Positions 29,014 to 32,000 of a stretch of 32,000 bases of DNA are shown here, one piece after another; position 1 is the stretch's first letter; each line of letters opens with the position of its first letter. Origin of the DNA: Labrenzia sp. CE80 (lineage in GTDB: Bacteria > Pseudomonadota > Alphaproteobacteria > Rhizobiales > Stappiaceae); the NCBI RefSeq assembly GCF_009650605.1, contig NZ_WAJT01000001.1, positions 1,449,441 to 1,481,440 of the forward strand, in the 5' to 3' direction. The position numbers were made by a program, and so were the translations under genes. The notes beneath the pieces were generated by a model. It did no database searches, was not told where the DNA came from, and saw only the letters and a list, made by a program, of their open reading frames with translations.

Positions 29014-29375
29014 CAGTTTTTTACCTTTGCTGCCTGAGTGTCTTGAGCCGCGCGGCCGCTGCTGGCTTCGAGGTAAGCCGTGTAAAGCGCCAGCCGCACA
29101 TGGGCATAATCGAGACAACGATCGCGGGTCTCATCCGAGAACGCGGCTTCGGTCCCGTTCTCATCCTTGACACCGCGCCAGCCCGTCCAGACCTCCTTCA
29201 GGACGGCGTGTTGATCACCGCCTTCGCCATCGAGGGCGGCAAGGCGCTCGCTGCCGACCATTAGGAATTGGGCTTCAAAACTCTGGTCCAGAACCTTCCC
29301 GGGCTTCTCAGGATCCGGCATTTTGACCGTCACAGGCCACCAGAAGGTGTATGTGTCCGACAGGCGGAATTGCAT
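29013..29375 (-). CDS. Tail assembly chaperone, gpG-like
   Basis: 120 aa, located between the major tail and tape measure genes. The ATG at 29375 has an AGGAGG SD 6 nt upstream; the track start at 29378 is a TTG. Confidence 0.7.
   Translation of the reverse strand: MQFRLSDTYTFWWPVTVKMPDPEKPGKVLDQSFEAQFLMVGSERLAALDGEGGDQHAVLKEVWTGWRGVKDENGTEAAFSDETRDRCLDYAHVRLALYTAYLEASSGRAAQDTQAAKVKN
29016..29022 (-). promoter_or_regulatory. Programmed -1 ribosomal frameshift slippery heptamer A AAA AAC
   Basis: The minus strand reads GCA AAG GTA AAA AAC TGA. The heptamer A_AAA_AAC lies in the X_XXY_YYZ register immediately before the stop. The -1 frame continues open (..AAA AAA CTG ATG GCG..) for about 123 more codons, up to the tape measure gene. 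Confidence 0.65.
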
Positions 29376-29384
29376 CAAGGCCTC

Positions 29385-30305
29385 CTACTTCACAGTGATG
29401 ACCAGCTCGTCGTCGCCCGCGTCGGGCACGAACATCAGCGGCAGGGAATAGTTGAGAATATTCTGGCTCTGGCCCTGGCTTGGCCGCCCGATCTGGACCT
29501 TCGGCGCATCCACCTGAACGATGTGCCCGGCCGTTGTTCCATGAACCACCTGAAGCGCATCCAGCGTCTTGGCCGTTGCCACATCGAACCAGTTGATCGT
29601 CGCCATGGACTTGGCTTCCACGACTGCGGTGCCGGTGCTCTGCCGATCGGTCAGCTGCATGCGTTCATCACCGATCAGAAAGCGCGGCTCGACCTGGACA
29701 CCCAGATCGATGGCAATGCTTTCTGCAATCCGGTCGGCCCCATGGAGTGACAGGCTGGTTGCGGCCTTTGAAACAGGCACCGGCTTCTGGAAGGCTGACA
29801 GATCCGCCGCCGGCAGAGCCTGGTCGGTGACCGTGCCGAGCAGTCCCATGATGCTGAATCTGAAACGCGGGATCTGGCGCGGGGCGAATTCCACCTGGAA
29901 GGTTCCCCGGCACCCGAGGGCAACATGACGCACACCGTCGTGGTGGTAATAGATCGAGACGGCTTCCTCGCCGTCCGACACCGGTTCATAAACCACCGAA
30001 ACGCCCGGATCGATGGTCTCGGACAGACCGCAGGCCCGCAGCAGAACCCCATAGCCAGGCACGTCTCCGGCAGCGCCAGCCCCAGCACATTCCACGGCGA
30101 ACTCCAGCTGCATGTAGTTGCCGGTGAGCTCGATGCCTTGGTGACCCAGATGGGGCAATAGCAGATCACGCGAAACGTCTTCGCCCGCCAGAGGTGTCAG
30201 TGTCACATCCGACAGCTGGATGGCATTCGCTGCAAGGGGAACGCTGTCCGTGCCATAGACCGTCTCGATCTTCGCGAGGCAGGCGAGCTTCTTGAACTTG
30301 CGCAT
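29385..30305 (-). CDS. Putative major tail (tube) protein
   Basis: 306 aa, immediately upstream of the chaperone/tape-measure block, which is the conserved siphovirus gene order. No motif was recognised by eye, so the call is positional. Confidence 0.6.
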   Translation of the reverse strand: MRKFKKLACLAKIETVYGTDSVPLAANAIQLSDVTLTPLAGEDVSRDLLLPHLGHQGIELTGNYMQLEFAVECAGAGAAGDVPGYGVLLRACGLSETIDPGVSVVYEPVSDGEEAVSIYYHHDGVRHVALGCRGTFQVEFAPRQIPRFRFSIMGLLGTVTDQALPAADLSAFQKPVPVSKAATSLSLHGADRIAESIAIDLGVQVEPRFLIGDERMQLTDRQSTGTAVVEAKSMATINWFDVATAKTLDALQVVHGTTAGHIVQVDAPKVQIGRPSQGQSQNILNYSLPLMFVPDAGDDELVITVK

Positions 30306-30308
30306 AAG

Positions 30309-30437
30309 CTAGTCCTTCTCCGCTTTGGGTTTGGCCTTGGGTGGCTTGTTCGTTTTGGCCGCCTGATCTTCCCTCACCCGCTCGCCCGTCTTGGGATCGC
30401 GGATGTATCGACCGCCCAGTCTCGGCGCGTCAGTCAT
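30309..30437 (-). CDS. Tiny Lys-rich ORF (42 aa), below the ORF-track size cutoff
   Basis: MTDAPRLGGRYIRDPKTGERVREDQAAKTNKPPKAKPKAEKD. The ATG overlaps the upstream stop (ATGA at 30434-30437), and the ORF ends 3 nt before the major tail ATG. Confidence 0.3.
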   Translation of the reverse strand: MTDAPRLGGRYIRDPKTGERVREDQAAKTNKPPKAKPKAEKD

Positions 30438-30862
30438 GGCTGTTCCTCCAGATAGGTCGGGACGGAATAGCGATCCTCAAACCAGACCGCCCCGCCATGG
30501 GCCTTGATCAGATCTCCGGAAATGTGGGTGACGGGCTCGGCGGCATCGGACGGTTCAAAGCCAATCAGGCGCGAGCGGACAAAGGCCTTCAGTGCCTCAA
30601 TGTCTTCCGCTGCCTGCCCCATCCGAGCATCGCTCAGATTGTCGGTGACGATGACGACCGCGATGTCGGTCTCAAGCCGCTGCAGAATGCGCCCCGTGGC
30701 GCGCTCGTTTTCACCACTGGCCTCATCTGCCACCATCACATAGGCGGCTGGCGCAGCAGATCTGCGCTTCTCGATTACCGAGAATTCCGCCGCGCCGCAA
30801 ACAGCTTTAAAGAGAGTTTGAGGCTCTTTTAAACGGGCGATTATATCGCGCACGAGGCTCAT
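30434..30862 (-). CDS. Head-tail joining / tail terminator candidate
   Basis: 142 aa between the morphogenesis protein and the major tail gene, with ATGA coupling to both neighbours. The assignment is positional. Confidence 0.5.
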   Translation of the reverse strand: MSLVRDIIARLKEPQTLFKAVCGAAEFSVIEKRRSAAPAAYVMVADEASGENERATGRILQRLETDIAVVIVTDNLSDARMGQAAEDIEALKAFVRSRLIGFEPSDAAEPVTHISGDLIKAHGGAVWFEDRYSVPTYLEEQP

Positions 30863-31467
30863 GAAGGCCCTCCATCCGCGATAGCGCTGTAATGCGTTTC
30901 CGCAATCGCCAGGATCGTTGCCCGGTCTTCCTCGGAAAACCCGAGATAAGGCCGCGCCGGAATAACGATCGAACGTTCGCCGAATGTGACGGTCTTCTCG
31001 AACACGCGCTTGTGGGACGTCTTCGCGAACTGCGTCTGCGTTCCAACCTTTCGGAACTTCACTTTGCGGGATTGCGGATACTGGGTGACGATGCCGCCGC
31101 TCTGGTGAATACCGGCATAGACAAGATTGGTGCCGACGGTAGCTTCTGTTTCCGTGGCTTCGCCGCTGATCGACTTGTAGAGCCGGTTGGTGTCTCGCAG
31201 CAGTTTGGGCGTTACCGGGCCATTGCCCCCTGAGCGACCATGCGTCTTGCGTTTCGCGCGGGCTTTCGCAGTGCGCGGTGCATGGCGTTGCCAGGGCGTT
31301 CCATCCGGCGAGGTCTCTGTCTCAAACCGGCGCTGCACGGAAAACAGCATTGCCGCCTGGATCTCAACCATCATCGGTCCGGTCTCACCGCCCGCGTCCG
31401 CGACACGGCTCAGTGCCGCATTGATCTCGGCGTCTTCTATGGTAACAAAGGGTGTCGACCCGGTCAT
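30859..31467 (-). CDS. Phage virion morphogenesis / tail completion protein (Mu G / P2 S family)
   Basis: PWQRHAP...KLLRDTNRLYKSISGEATETEATVGTNLVYAGIHQSGG...IPARPYLGFSEEDRATI matches the family pattern (W..L, L..Si, vGtn..YA.iHQ.GG, iPARPfLG). Confidence 0.8.
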   Translation of the reverse strand: MTGSTPFVTIEDAEINAALSRVADAGGETGPMMVEIQAAMLFSVQRRFETETSPDGTPWQRHAPRTAKARAKRKTHGRSGGNGPVTPKLLRDTNRLYKSISGEATETEATVGTNLVYAGIHQSGGIVTQYPQSRKVKFRKVGTQTQFAKTSHKRVFEKTVTFGERSIVIPARPYLGFSEEDRATILAIAETHYSAIADGGPS

Positions 31468-31478
31468 TGGTCCCTCCC

Positions 31479-31916
31479 CTAAAAGCCGGACAGGCTGTCG
31501 CGGGAAAAGATCCGGTCCGGTGCAGACACCTGGACCTGGCCTTCGCCGCTCTGATCGGACGCCGCCCCTTCCGCCTCAAGCTGGACGGCGCCCTTCGCGA
31601 CATCCTTCAGCCAGGCAATCGCTTGGCCGTAGTCCCGCGTGACGGGATCGTCCTTGTCCGTGCGCCGGCCATGCAGGAAATACCGGGAGATCTCGCAGAT
31701 GATCCGCGTCAGGACGGCAGGAACCGGATCGAGCGGCAGGCGATAGAGCTTGGCCAAATAGCTATCGGCCAGATTTTCCGCATCCGAGATATGGGCGGCA
31801 ACCTTGGCCGCATCGATCGTGGTCGCAGGCAGGTTCGTCTCGTCCGTGAGCTGGATCAGCTCATCTTCGCCAAACCGGTCAATCAGATCCTGCTGTGTTG
31901 CGTAGGCCACGGACAT
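31479..31916 (-). CDS. DUF1320 / Mu gp36-like head-tail connector protein
   Basis: MSVAYATQQDLIDRFGEDELIQLTD...ADSYLAKLYRLPLDPVPAVLTRIICEISRYFL is typical of DUF1320. The ATG at 31916 has a GGAAGGA SD; the track start at 31997 is a GTG extension. Confidence 0.8.
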   Translation of the reverse strand: MSVAYATQQDLIDRFGEDELIQLTDETNLPATTIDAAKVAAHISDAENLADSYLAKLYRLPLDPVPAVLTRIICEISRYFLHGRRTDKDDPVTRDYGQAIAWLKDVAKGAVQLEAEGAASDQSGEGQVQVSAPDRIFSRDSLSGF

Positions 31917-31951
31917 TCCTTCCACGGATGTTTCAGCTGGCTTTGGCAGGT

Positions 31952-32000
31952 CAGGCGGGTGAGATAACACCGGCCTTTTGCAGCGCGGCCAGTTCACCGG
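31952..32000 (-). CDS. 3' end of an upstream phage gene (only 15 codons visible)
   Basis: The alternative minus-strand frame reads ..GELAALQKAGVISPA* and ends 35 nt before the DUF1320 start. It is too short to identify. Confidence 0.3.

Larger units (their letters stand above)
15965..32000 (-). mobile_element. Mu-like transposable siphoviral prophage (com/accessory end plus tail and head-tail joining modules); continues beyond the right edge
   Basis: A contiguous minus-strand array of phage genes with ATGA/TAATG-type translational coupling. It has Mu gp36-like DUF1320, a Mu G / P2 S-like morphogenesis protein and Mu Com-like genes. Its end carries 5'-TG and tandem 22-bp repeats and abuts a broken host gene. 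Confidence 0.85.

Noticed and set aside
19765-31916. Calling the cluster a bona fide gene transfer agent (GTA)
   Set aside because: The g12-g15 homologues are present. However, the 749-aa tape measure, the frameshifted chaperone pair, the Mu-type head-tail genes, the com-dam module and a transposon-like terminus inside a disrupted host gene all indicate a (pro)phage rather than a domesticated GTA.

Overview
GC-rich alphaproteobacterial (Rhizobiales/Hyphomicrobiales-like) chromosome segment in two parts. Part A (1-15404) is a housekeeping backbone, mostly on the minus strand: gyrA (5' part), a MarC-family membrane protein, an HxlR-type regulator divergent from a Zn-ADH-family oxidoreductase, guaA, a TPR protein, an rsmB-like RNA methyltransferase, guaB, rlmE, a Ppx/GppA phosphatase with a long arginine-rich N-terminal extension, and tRNA-Gln(CUG). 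Next to guaA it is interrupted by a visibly AT-richer two-gene islet (TylF-type methyltransferase plus PhyH-like dioxygenase). Part B (15965 to beyond 32000) is one end of a Mu-like transposable siphoviral prophage, comparable to RcapMu, that appears to have inserted into a glutaminase gene. The glsA reading frame breaks at 15964/15965. The phage DNA starts with 5'-TG and carries two tandem 22-bp repeats containing TTCACTTG. All phage genes are on the minus strand, in this order from the right edge: Mu gp36-like DUF1320, virion morphogenesis protein, head-tail/tail-terminator candidate, major tail protein, tail assembly chaperones with a canonical A AAA AAC -1 frameshift site, a 749-aa tape measure, the GTA-type distal-tail module (g12 Dit, g13 hub, g14 NlpC/P60 peptidase, g15 1317-aa megatron), a DUF2793 protein, then an AT-richer accessory cassette at the phage end. 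The cassette holds a Mu Com-like zinc finger overlapping an orphan Dam-class N6-adenine methyltransferase, a doubtful 74-aa ORF, a 656-aa protein and a 101-aa zinc-ribbon protein. The 656-aa protein fuses about 30 pentapeptide repeats, a TIR domain and a helical, membrane-anchor-like C-terminus. It is the best candidate for an undescribed system: no canonical TIR-system partner is present in the window (no ThsA, CD-NTase, Ago or retron RT). All functional calls rest on motif recognition by eye; no database search was run.
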